Source: Elusimicrobiota bacterium
GTDB lineage: Bacteria; Elusimicrobiota; Elusimicrobia; UBA1565
Direction: 5' to 3'
DNA length: 53,667 bases
NCBI GenBank assembly: GCA_043827405.1
Contig: JBDRPD010000099.1
Coordinates: forward strand, 1 to 53,667
The notes beneath the pieces were generated by a model. The model was given only the letters and a program-made list of their open reading frames with translations, was not told the DNA's origin and made no database searches. Made by a program: the position numbers and the translations under genes. This document shows, one piece after another, positions 25,740 through 37,700 of the stretch. Numbering within the stretch: the first letter of the stretch is position 1; the number at the start of each line of letters is the position of its first letter.

Positions 25740-28700
25740 TTAGTGGGCGACGGGCAGGGTGAGGTAGGGGAAAGCCGTGCGGGACATTATCTGGCGCAGC
25801 GGCGGGCCGACGGCGGTCAGCGCCTTGACCGTCTCGCGCCGGGCCTTCTCGGCGACGGTCTGGCCCTCGAGCCGCGCGACTTCATCGGCGAGCTGCTGCA
25901 GCGAGGTCCCGCCGGCCGCCGGCTTGGCGAGCTCCCGGCGCAGGTGGTCGGCGCGGTCCGAGTACTGCCGCGAGCCGAGCCGGACCTGGGTCTCGGCGCG
26001 CACGCTGTCGACTTCGATATGGCCCGGATCGGCTTCCCAGGTGCCGGTGCCGCCGGCGCCCACCAGGCCGCCCATCTCGTTGAGAACCCGGTCGACGGCC
26101 TGCGAGCCGGTGAGGTGGTCGACCTTGGCGTTGGGATAGGTGCCGGCGCGGCCGCGGACCGTCTCGACGAAGGTCTGCTTGACGCCGCCGTTGAAGGCGC
26201 CGAGGATGCGGCCCCGGGCGTCCTCGATGTCCTCGCCGGCGTAGCGCACGTAGCGCAGCAGGCTGCCCGTGCCGAAGTGGATCTTCCGGCGCTCGGTCTG
26301 CGGGCCCTTCTCATGCTGCCACTCACCGACCCGGGTGGCCGAATCGTTCTCCACGGCATCCGGGAACTGGCTCGGATCCATGTAGCGGTCCACCTTGTCG
26401 GGCAGCAGCTCGAAGATATCGAGGAAGTGCACGATCTGCCCCATGGCGCCGCGGCGCACGGTGGCGCCGCCGTCGGTGCGGCGCATGTAGACGCGGCCGA
26501 TATAGCCGTGCTGGTTCGGGTCGCGCCCGGTGATCAGCTCGATCGGCGTCTTGATGATGCCGCGCGGCGTCTCAAAGACGATATTCGCCCAGTTCCAGGG
26601 CATGTAGGCCCAGCGGCCGACAGCGCCGAGCTCGTCGGCCGCTTCGTCCAGGCGCTGCTGCAGGATCTTGCGGCCCAGCAGGACGGGCAGCTTGGTCTCC
26701 GGGTCGATGTAGCGCTTGAGCCGGTAGGTGGGGGACATCTTGTAGTCTTCCTGCTTCCACACCCGGCCGGACATGTCCTCGATCCACCACTTCTCCGAGA
26801 GCTTCTTGAGCTCCTGGAGGTCCTGGAAGATGCGCACCAGCGCGCCCTTGGAGTCGAGCTCGATGGCGTGGACTTCACCGCTGACCCAGCGCGCCGCGGC
26901 GGCGCCGAGGCCGCGGGAGAAATCGGACTTGCGGTCGCGGATCTCGGCGAGCGTGCCGTCGGACGCCAGGCCCCATTCGAGATCCGTGGTGAGGTGGAAG
27001 CTCCACTTGAGCCGCGGGTCCGCCGCGGTCTCTTCGTCCTGCTCTTCCTTAACCTGTCCTTTCTTGAGCTTGGCGGCTGCGGCGGCGAGCTCTTTGCGCA
27101 TCGCCTGGTACTCGGCCTTGCTCATGTAGACCGCCGCGATGCCGCCGTCCTCGTCGATCGCGAAGGCGTAGGCTTCCAGCTTGAGATTGATCCAGCCCAG
27201 CTGCCGCGCGCGCTGCGCCTTGTCGTCGGCCTCGCGGATCAGGCTCTTGATGCCCTTGGCGCCGGTCCGGATCCGGCTGAAGTTCGCGGCCTCGGGGGAG
27301 CGCTCCAGAGCTTCCAGGCTGGCATAGAGGCCGAAGGCGGCGCCGCCCTCGGGCGCGGCGACCACGATCAGCTCGGAGGGGGCTTTCTTCTGCGCCGCGA
27401 TCGGGTGGATGGCGCGGCGCAGGCCGGTCGCCGGATCGGCCTCGCGGGAGAAGTAGAGCACGCGTCCCTCGGCTTCCAGGCGGCGCAGCTCTTCGAGGTC
27501 GAGCTTCTTGCCGGGCCGTCCGTCGGCGCCGACCATGACGAACTCGGCCTGCTTGAGCACGCTCTCGACTTCCTGTCCGGCGCGGGCCCGCTGCAGCTTT
27601 TCGCGCGCCTCGCTCAGCTCCTCGTCGAGCGCGTCCTGCCCGGCGCGCAGCTCGCTGGCGCCCAGCTGCTCGAGCTCCTTGACGGTCTGCGGCTGCTTGC
27701 CGGCATGCTCCGCCGGCAGGAGCCAGCGCCGGCCGTCGACGCGGACGATCCGCTGCGCCCGCTCAAAACCCTTGACGTCATCGCGCGTAAGCCAGTTCTC
27801 CACGCTCTCGTCCGCCTTGACGACGGCGTAGAGCGAGCGGATTTTGCGCGGATTCTCGAGCCAGCGCTTCTTCAGGTTTTCCAGATAGGCCAGCCGCTGG
27901 GCCACCGGCAGCTCCGCCGAGCGGCCGGCCTGCTGGTACTGCAGGGCCCGCAGATGCGCCTGCTCAACGGCGATCAGGGCGTCGACCGCGAGCATCGCGC
28001 GGCCCTGCTTAAGGAGCGTGCTGCGGCGCTCGATGCTGCGGCGCAGCGGGAACAGCTCGTTGAGGACCCCCGCGGCGCTCGGGTCCTGGCGCACCGCCTG
28101 CAGCGTGTAGGCGCGAACCACGGCCTGGTCGAACTCAATAACGGACCGCAGGTAGCTGTCGAGCGCCTTGTCCTTAAGGACGAAATCCTCGGGACGGGCC
28201 TGCGCGTCCAGGTAGCTCTCGAGCAGACCCTGGCGCAAGTCGTCCATGCGGCCGCGCAGCGTCTCGAGACCGGCGAAGATCTCTTCGACGGCGGGGGTCA
28301 GCTCGACGCTGCCCCAGCGCGCCTGGCGCATGCCGGCGAGCAGCTGCTGCTGCTGGGCGATCTGCTCCGCGGAGAGGGTGGTGCGGCCGCGCACGTCTTC
28401 GAGCAGGAAGCCGTTGAGCTGGCCCCACGGGGCGCTGCCCGAGCGCCGCGCCTGGTCGAGCGCCCGGTAGACCATGCCCTCCAGCTTCAGACGCTTGCCT
28501 TCGACGTCCAGCCGGGTGAGCAGGTCCAGCTTCTTGGCGGCGTCGATCTCCGAATGGTAGCGCGTCGCCTGCGCGGCTTCGAGCACCGTGCGGTAGACGG
28601 CGGCCTGCTCGGCGATCGCCGCGCGGTCATGCGCGGAAACGACGCCTTTGCCGTCGAACATGCCGTCGAGCGCCGAGGCGAAGTCGCCGTCGGCCAGCCG

Positions 28701-31700
28701 CTGCGAGATGTAGCGGGCCACATCGTCGAGCGTCCTGGAGCCGGGAGCCTCATCCGCGGCGCGGCTGCGGCGCGGCCGGAACGGGCCGGCGGCGGACCGG
28801 GACGGCTGGCCGAGGGCTTTGAGCTCGGTAACGAGATGGATGAAGTCGATGCGCAGGCCCGAGAGGGTGTCGATGAAATCCTCCCAGGCGGCGATGACGC
28901 CGCGCTGGGCCGAGGCGAGCTCTTCGCTGGTGGACTGTCCGCGCTCGAAGAGGGCGAGCATGCCGCTGAGATTGTCCTGCGCGGCGCGCAAGCGCGCCTG
29001 CTGCGCTTCGAGCAGCCGGGTCTTATCGATGACCGAGGCCATGAGCGCGTGCAGCTTGAGCGCCAGCCCCTTCAGGCGATCCTGCGACTGGAGCTCCTGG
29101 CGCAGGGCGTCTTCCAGTATCCCGCGCAGGCTGCTCTCGATCTTGCTCGGGTCCGGGGCCTCGAGGAAGGCGCCGGAGACCCAGCGTCCCCGGAACATGC
29201 CGATGGCGCCGACCGGCGTGAAGCCCTTGAAGCTCATCTTCTCGGCGATCAGGTTGGACTTGAGCTGGACCAGCAGGTCGCCGGCGCCCGAGAGCTCCTC
29301 GGGCAGCCCGCTGGTGAACAGGGAAGCGCGCAGCGCCTCGATATTGGTCTCCTCGATCTCGCGCAGGAAAACGCGGGCGGTCTCCGCCGGGCTGACCGCT
29401 TCGTCGCGCGGGATGAGCGGCAAAATCGCGTCGACCTGGATGTCGCGGCGCAGTCCGAGATGCGCCGCCACCTCGGAAAGGTCGCGGCTCACGCCGCGCT
29501 CGAGCTCCTCGAGCCACAGGCGGTTGACCGCGCCGCGGCCCTCGCCGCGCGCCCAGCTCAGCAGGCCGGCGTTGAGGCGCAGCCGCGCGAGCAGCACGCG
29601 CGCCCGGCCGCTCGCCTGGGCGATCGCCGCGCGGTGGATGTGATCCGCCTTCTCCTTCTGCAGCCCCGCCAGCGCCAGCAGAGCTTCGGGCGGCGTGGTC
29701 CGGCTCTTGAGCCGCACTTCGACCCAGCCCTCAATGAACTGCTTGCCGATCGGGTTCTTGCCGATCGACATGCGCGAATCGAAGAAGCGGATAAAGCCGT
29801 CGGCCGTCACCCGCTGGCCGCTGGCCGGAGCGCCGATCATACCCGACGCCCCGCCGATACCCGAGGAAGGCGTCTCGGCCTGGAACGCCGCGATCAGCCG
29901 GTTCTGCAGCTCGGCGAAGGTGGCGGGCAGGCCGGCGGCGGGCGCGGCGCCGGCGGCGTCGAAGCCGAACATCGCCATCTGCGCCCGCAGGCCGAACACG
30001 CGGGTTCTAAGGTTGTTGGCCTCGATGCGGGAGTTTACGTCGGAGCGGTACTCGAGCTCGTCGAGCCGCCGCGCCGACTGCTCCAGCTCGAAGTTGAGCC
30101 GCGCGCGCAGGGCGGGAAGCTCGCGCTCGAAGGCGCGCAGGTCGCGTTCCGCCTCCAGGGTCTGGTGCCGCGCCAGCGCTACCAGCTCCGGCGAGGCGTC
30201 GCCCGATCCCGAAAGCGCCGCGACCAGCCGTCCCAGCGCCCGCCCGATCAGGGAAATGGGCTCCACCCGGATGTCCTGCACCCGCAGGTTCTTGTCGACG
30301 ATCGTCTCCACGCTGCGGGCGACTGCGACCCGCTCGCGCAGGACGCCGAGCCGCGCGGCGAGGGGCGAGGCGGCGCCGAAGCGCTCGAGCATCTCGGCGA
30401 GGACCTCCGCGGGGTCCTTTTGCATATCCAGCTGCGCTCCCGCCGGCCGGCCGAGCAGGTAGTTGACGGTGACCAGGAGCTGATTCTCCTGACCGATCAA
30501 GGTGTTGATCTGGCTGCGGATGCGGGTCAAGGCATGCTGGTCCGCGGCCGAGCCGTTGGCCGCCGCGCGCTCGCGGGCGGGCAGAACTTCATTGCGCAGC
30601 ATGGCGAGCGTGTTCTGGACGCCGCGGTAGCTGGTATAGGCGGCGAAGAACTGGAAAGCGAGGTCCGCATCGAGGTTCTGCTTGAGATGCTCGAGCATGG
30701 CCGACTCGCCGCCGCGCCGGCCGCTCTGCAGCTCCTTAAGCTCTTCGGGCTTCATGCGCATCCCGACGATGGGGAAGATGCCGAGCCCGGTCAGGCCGAG
30801 CGCCGGCAGCAGGCTCACGCCGTCCGCGGTCACATTGGCGCCGACGCTGACGTCGACGGAAACCTTCTCCATGCGCTGTCCCGCCGCGCGCAGCAGCTCC
30901 GCCACCGCCTCGGAGCGCTTGGCCAGCGACTCCAAGGAATGGCTGTTGGCGAGCGCGGAGCGCATCGCGCCGTCGAGATCGGTGACGGGGGCGGCGGGGG
31001 CGGAGCCGGGATGCCCGCGGCGCAGGTCGATCTCGCCGCCCTGGCGGTAGTCCAGCGCCGCCCAGGCCCGGCTGAGCGCCTCGCGGGCGCGGGCGTCGAA
31101 GAGCCGCGTGATGTTCCAGTGCCAGCGCTCGAAGGCGGTCCACAGCGCGTCCTGGCCGGAAAGCCCGTTGCGGTACTTCTGAATCTCTTTGCCCAGCGCC
31201 CGCGCGGCCTCGGGCGCGGCCTCGCGCAGCATCTCGACCTGGGACTTGTAGGACGCGGCTTCCTGCAGCTCCTTGGCGGCCCGCAGCTGGAAGCCGCCGT
31301 AGACGTCCTTCATGTCGCTGATGATCGCCTCGGACTCCAGGGTCATCGCCTTCTCGTGCAGCTTGCTGTTGGGGTCGTAGATCGGGAGGCGGATGGAAAT
31401 TCCCGCGCCCAGGACCTGGTTGCCCAGCAGATCGTGGAGCTGGGCGCCGAAGGACAAGGTCATCTGCTCGATCCACGGGATCCAGTCCATAAGGTTGAAG
31501 GACTGCTCCGGCTGCGGGAGCTCCGAGCGGTCGAGCTTCTTGAGCAGCAGGCTCAGACGCAGCGGCCGGTCGAGGAGCTTTCCGAGAATTCCCAGCAGGG
31601 CGTCCATATCCTGCGGGTTGACGTCGTTGAAGGGCGGCATGGCGTCGGGCGAGCGGCCGGTCAGCAGGTTGTACTGCAGCTGCGCCTGGCGGTAGCGCGC

Positions 31701-34700
31701 CTCGGCTTCGATCATGAGCGCCCGGCCCTTCTTCGCCGTCACCTCGTCCTGCGCGTTGGCGGTCATAAACAGCGCCAGCTCGCGCTCCCAGCGCGACTGC
31801 AGGATCTCGGCGACCGCCTCCTGCCAGTTCTTGGTCAGCTCGAGCAGCCGCACCTGCAGGCGCAGGCCGCCGGCGTAGAGCGAGGAAATCTTCTTGGCCA
31901 CCAGCGCCTTCTGCGTCTTGGTCAGGGTCAGCTCGGTGCTGGTACCGACCTGGAAGCCGCCGCCCGCCACCCGGTCCGCCGTGTCCGTGCCGACGGGGTT
32001 GGTCACAAAGCCCACCATCGCCCGCGTCCGGGTATTATCGAGGACGGCGCCGGCGCGGCGCAGCTCGGCGATATCGCGCGTCAGGCGGCCGATCTCGAGG
32101 CTGAGCACCCGGCGGCCCACATCCCCTTCGAACACACGCTGCAGCTCCTTGATCAGCGGCGTGTCGTACTCTTCCGCCTGGAAGAACTTGCTGAGGTCCT
32201 CGTTGAACTCCTCGAGGGTGCGGCCGCCGAGCAGGTCCTCGGCCGTCTGTCCCGCCACCGAGCGCCACAGCTCGCCGAGCGTGAAGACGGTGTTGACGCC
32301 GAGGGTGAGCCGGTTGTTGATGCCGACGTAGCGGCTGCCCCATGAGGCGAAGGCCTCGGTGTTGGGGCCGAGCTTCTTGCGCATCTCGACCAGATAGCTC
32401 TTGGCGTCGCCCAGGAACTTGCCCTGGCCCGAAAGCACCAAGCCCTGGTTGGGCAGCTCGAAGCTGGTGCGCAGCGAGCCGCTGTTGTACTTGGTCCCCA
32501 GCTCGGCGGAGCCCCCGACCTCGGTGCGCACCGGGATGCCGCCGACCTTGAAGGCGAAGCCCTTCAGGATCGAGGCGCCGATGGTCTGCTGGCTGATGTC
32601 GTCGGTCCCGCTGACGTTGGTGCCGAAGAAGTCCACCTCAAAGCTCTCGGCGGTCTTGAGCGCCTTCTGCAGATCGAGCTGGGTGCCGACCTTTTCGCGG
32701 CGGAAGCGCTTCTGGTCGCCGCGGGCGTCGATCACGTAGTCCCGGTCGAACGTCGGATCGTAGCCGGTGAAGTCGAGGTTGACCTTCTGCAGGAAGCGCC
32801 GGGGATCCTTGGCGAAGAGGATGGACTCCTCGGCGGTGAGCTTCATGATCTCGCTGAACTTGATCGAGGTCTTGAAGTTTCCGCCGTAGTAGTGGGGCTT
32901 GTTGAGCGGATCGTTGAGCGCGAAGTCGCCGAAGCCCGTGGCCCCGAAGTAGAGCTTGTCGCCGGCCAGCATCACGGCGAAGTCCTCGAACACCATCATG
33001 CGCGACTCGGCCACCTGCGAACCGGCGTTGAGCTCCTCGGGGATGTCCTGAATGAACTTATGGAAGGTGATGTCGAGGTAGTTGACCCAGTTTTTGCCCT
33101 GCAGGGACTCGACGCGCACCGTGACGCCCTGGTCGCCGAACGGCGCATTGCCGTCGCTGGGCGGGCTGGCGAAGCGGTGGCCGACCACGCTGACGTTGTT
33201 GTCGCCCAGCCGCAGGGCATTGCCCAAGGTGACCGAGCTCTCGGTCTCCAGGCCGCCCGGGGTGGAGAAGCGGCTGCTGTAAACCAGGTAGAAGCCGTCC
33301 GGGTCATCGCCCAGCTCGAGCATGCGCGAGTTGGGCAGCAGCTGCGCCAGCGCCATCGGGTTCTTGAGCAGCTCCTCGCGCAGGCGGTACATGTCCCGCG
33401 CCGAAGACTCGCCCTCGAAGGAGCCGAAGAGCATGCCCAGAAAGTTCGAGAACTCCGACTTCTTGATGATCAAGGACTGCGGCCCGCGCGACGAATTGGC
33501 CAGCCAGGCCGGCCCGCCGAGGCCGATCTGCTCGATGCGGTCGGCCAGGACCGGCGACAGGTCGGCGAGGTCGATGCCTTCGATGCTCTCGCCGAGCGCG
33601 CTCTGCTCGCGCTCGAGAGCCTGCAGCGTCTCCTGCAGGCGGGTCGCGGCGGAGTCAAAGCTCTTCTTGTTCTTCTGGTAGTTGATGTTGGACTCCAGGA
33701 CGCCCCGCGTTTTGTCCTGGATCGCCGACAGGTTGTCCGCCACCCGCCGCAGCGCGCTCTCGTGCGGATCGTTGAGCTGCTTGAGCCAGCCCAGCACCGT
33801 CTTTTTCTGATCGAGCAGGGGATCGAGCGTCTTCTGCAGCTCTTCCTTGTACTTGTTCGCGGCCTGCACCTCGGCGTCCAGCGCGTCGGCGCTCTTGCCG
33901 TAAATATCCTCGAGCGAGCTGTAGTAGCCCCGGATGCTCTCGACGGTATCGAAGGACCCGGTATCCCAGCCGATCTTCTGGTTGAACAGCGTGGCGCCTT
34001 CGCCCGCGGTGTCGCGCACGATCGTGAAGGCGGTGATCTTGCGCGCAAACAGCGCCGCGGGCGTCTCGCCGCGCGAAGCGACGTAGGCCGCGTCGGCGTC
34101 GAGGTCGGCGAAGATGCGGTCGATGGCCGCTTCACCCTTGTCGAGGAACTTCTCGAAGATCGGAATCTGCTCCTCAAGAGACTCCTGCGACGCGTCGGCC
34201 ACCCCGTCGGTGAACAGGTAGCGCGCCACCACCTCGGTCAAGGAGTCGGTATTGGAGGCCGCGCTGCTCGGCACCAGCCGCTTGATGGCCTCGAGCGCGG
34301 TCACCGCCAGCTGCTGCTGGTCCGACAGCGTCACGTCGGGCTGCTCGCCGGTGGGGATGCCCTCGCCGCCGCCGATGTCCATGCCGCCTTCGCTGCCCGC
34401 GGCGAGCGCCGCGTCGGCGATGCGCTTGAGCGCGTCCGCCAGGTTGGGGATGCGATTGGCGTCGACGATCGCCGTCAGGCGGTCGGCGCTCGCCTGGTCC
34501 GTCGCGACGTCGGTCGGAATGCGGAAGCGCTCCACCAGCTTATGGCTGCCGCCGGTCTTGCCGTCGATATCCGTGAGGATGGTATTGATCTCGGCGCCCA
34601 GGCGGTTGATCTGCTCCGCCCGCCGCGCGGTCTCGGCGCGGTATTCCTTGATGCGCTTGACCAGCGAGAAGGGCATCATTTCGCCGTAGACTTCCTCCAC

Positions 34701-37700
34701 GTCGGCGCCGCTGGGGTCGCGGCGGCGGCGGATATCGTCCTTGAAGTCCACGATGAGTTGGCGGTATTCGTTGTACTTGGTGCGCTGCTCCTCGATCTTG
34801 GCGCGGGCGCCGGCGGCGTCGCCTTTGGCCGCGCCCTGCGAGGCCAGGCTCCACGGGATGGTTTCCTCATAAGACTCGAGGACCTTGCGGTAGACATTGG
34901 CCTTTTCCTCGTAGAGCGTGGCCATGCTGTCGCCCGCGGCGTTCGGCGCGACGGAGTCGATCTGCTCCTGCTGGAAAGGGATGAGACGATCCTGCAGGAA
35001 GCTCTTCATGCGCTCCAGCATGGGCTTCATCTCGCCGCTGACCAGGCGGCGCTTGCGGTCGATAAGGCTCTGCGCCTGCGCGGCCGGGAAGCCGGCCTTG
35101 ACGTAGGCGACGTCTTCCTCGATGTCGCGGATCACCGCGTCGACGGCCGCCGTCACGTCCTCGAAGCGGCTGCGCGCCTCGGGCAGGATGCCCTTGACCG
35201 CCTCGTCGATAATCTCGGCCGTCTTTTCGGCCTGGACCCAGCGGACGACCGCGTCGCCCATGAAGGGCAGCAGCCGGGCGATGGCCAGCATCTCGATCTT
35301 CGCCAGCGTCCCCTCATCGGTGTCCGGGAAGTTGAGGGTCATCAGCCGGTCGGGATAATCGGGGAGCAGGGTCCGCAGCTCCGCGCTGCCGCGCCCGCCC
35401 AGGGGGGGGAGGCTGCCGCCGCCGCTCTGCGCGATGACGCGCGCCCGGGCGTCGATATCGGCGGCGAAGCGCTGGGCGTCCTTCTGCGCGGCCGCCGCCT
35501 TGTCCTGCTCTTCCCGCCGGTACACGGTATATGACTCCGGCACCGAATCGCCGAAATCGTCAAGCACGCGCCTGGAGCCGCCGCCCAGCCCCGCCACGAT
35601 GCTGTCGAGCTGCTTCTGGTACTCGGCCCGCTCTTCCCGCCAGAAGGTGCGGCGCTCGTCGAGAATTCTGAGCGCGGTCGCCTCATCGGGGTTGGAAACG
35701 CTAACCGCCGGGATGCCGGGAACCGCGATGACGAGCACGCCGGCGAACTCGGTCGGCACCGTATCGAACTGCTTTTCGCCGTCGAGAACCTTCTGCAGAT
35801 ACTCCTCGACCCGGTCCACCTCGGTGCGCAGGCGGGTCAGCGAGAGCTTGGAGACCGAGCCGTCGTCCTCGGGATAGCCGTGCTCCCGGTATTCCTGGAG
35901 CTTCGGCAGCAGCGCCAGGCGCCGCGCGTATTCGGTCAGGGCGTCGCCGCTCTGTCCCCGATCGCGCGCGTTGATCAGCTCGAGGAGCCCCGGCACATCC
36001 GTGCGGTAGGCCCGCAAGGCCTCGACGAACTTGCCGGCCTGCTCGCCGAGCTTGGTGAACAGGCCCTCGTTCTCCTTGTTGTCGGCGATCTTCTTGCGCA
36101 CGTCCTGCTCCCACTCGTCGCCGCGCGCGCTGTTCTTCTTCGCGTCTTCGAGCGCCCGGCGGCTGCGCTCCCGCTGGGCGTCGATATCCTTAAGCTTGCC
36201 GTCGACGAGGGCCTTCATCCCCTCGATCGCGTTTTGCGCCGCCTGAATGACATTGAGGCTGTAGGACAGGTCCATGACCATGGCCAGGCGGGAGAAGTTC
36301 TTGCGGAACTCCGTCATGTCCCGCTCGTCGCGGCGGCGGCGCAGAGACGCGTCGCGCATGCGGTCGGCCATGGCCAGCAGCTGGCCGGCGGCTTCGCGCT
36401 CCGCCAGCTCGGCCTGGGCCTTGGCTTTGAGGCGCTCGATACGCTCCGTGTGCTCGGCCAGCGCGCGCTCCCGCGGGGTTCCCGCCAGCGGCGGCTTGCG
36501 CTCAGGGCCCGCCGAGCCGCCGTCGCGGCCCGTCAGCAGATCCTGCAGGCCGCGCTGCAGACGCTCGAGCCGGGCGCGTTCGATCTCGTTGGTCTCGGTA
36601 TAGCCCAAAGAGGAGTTGGCGGGCCCGCCCGCGATCCCGTCGTACATGTCCAGAAGGTCCTTGAGCGCCCCGAGCTCCTTTTCGTCGCCCTTATTAAGCA
36701 GATCCGCGCGCTGCGAGAGCTTGCGCAGCAGGTAGAGCCGGTCGCGATTGCGCTGCAGCGCGGCGAGGTCGCTGGAAAGCTGCTGCTCGAGCCGCTCGCG
36801 GCTGCTGTCGTCGCTGCCGCGCAGGCCGGCCAGCGCCTGCTCGCCGCGGTGGATCGCGAGCTCACGGCTGAGCTCGTTTTCGCGGCTGTGGGTGGCGGCG
36901 AGCTCCCGTTGAAACAAGCCCGCCCCGCCCGCCGGGGCGGCCTGAGGAAGGACCGCCGCGGCGGACGCTTTAAAGGGGGACTGCGCGCCGCTCGTCTGCG
37001 CGCGGTCCGCGCGCGGCTGGAGAACCTGCTCCGCGCGGGTCCGCACAGCGCGCGCTTGCGACTCCAAAGTCTCCGCCGTGGGTTCCGCCGTCAGGCCCAG
37101 ATGCTCCCGGAGCTGCGGCAGCTCCGCCCGCGCCGCGGCCTCCGCATCCCGGGAGCCTTGCGCAAACTGCAGGTGGCGGCTGATCCAGCCCGCGAGCTCG
37201 CGGTCCGAGCCCTGCGGCACGCCCAGCGTCCGCAGCTTGCTGGCCTGAAAGCGCAGCCAGGAGGGCTGCGGGGAGCCGGCGGCCAGACCGGCGGCCAGCG
37301 CGGCATAGGAGTAGCCCCGAAGGACCTGGTGCAGCTCGCGGCCCGTGCGGGTCAAAGTCTCCCGCTCGGCAGCCGCGGCGGGATCCTTGGCCAGCCGCAT
37401 CCAGCTGGTACGGACCCCGGCGGCCTGCTTCCAAAGCTCGGACTCCATGACGCCGCCCTGCTCTGCGGCGGTACGGGAGGCCTCCAGGTACGGCATCAGC
37501 TCCGCCGCCACCGTATTGGGGCCTACCGCCCGTCCGGCGCTGATCCGGGGCGCCTGGAATGACGGCTGGGAGACGTTCACCGCGGCCGCGGGAAGGCCGC
37601 CGTCGAATACTCCGGGAGCGGCCTGGAGGCGCGAGACGCCGCGGGCCAGCTTGCCCGCCGTGCCCGGCACCGCGGCCGTCGCCGCCGCGCCCGGATAGGC

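Noticed and set aside
25743..37562. Long + strand ORFs 25743-32345, 32892-35534 and 35880-37562
   Set aside because: Antisense shadows of the 4027 aa gene in high-GC DNA.
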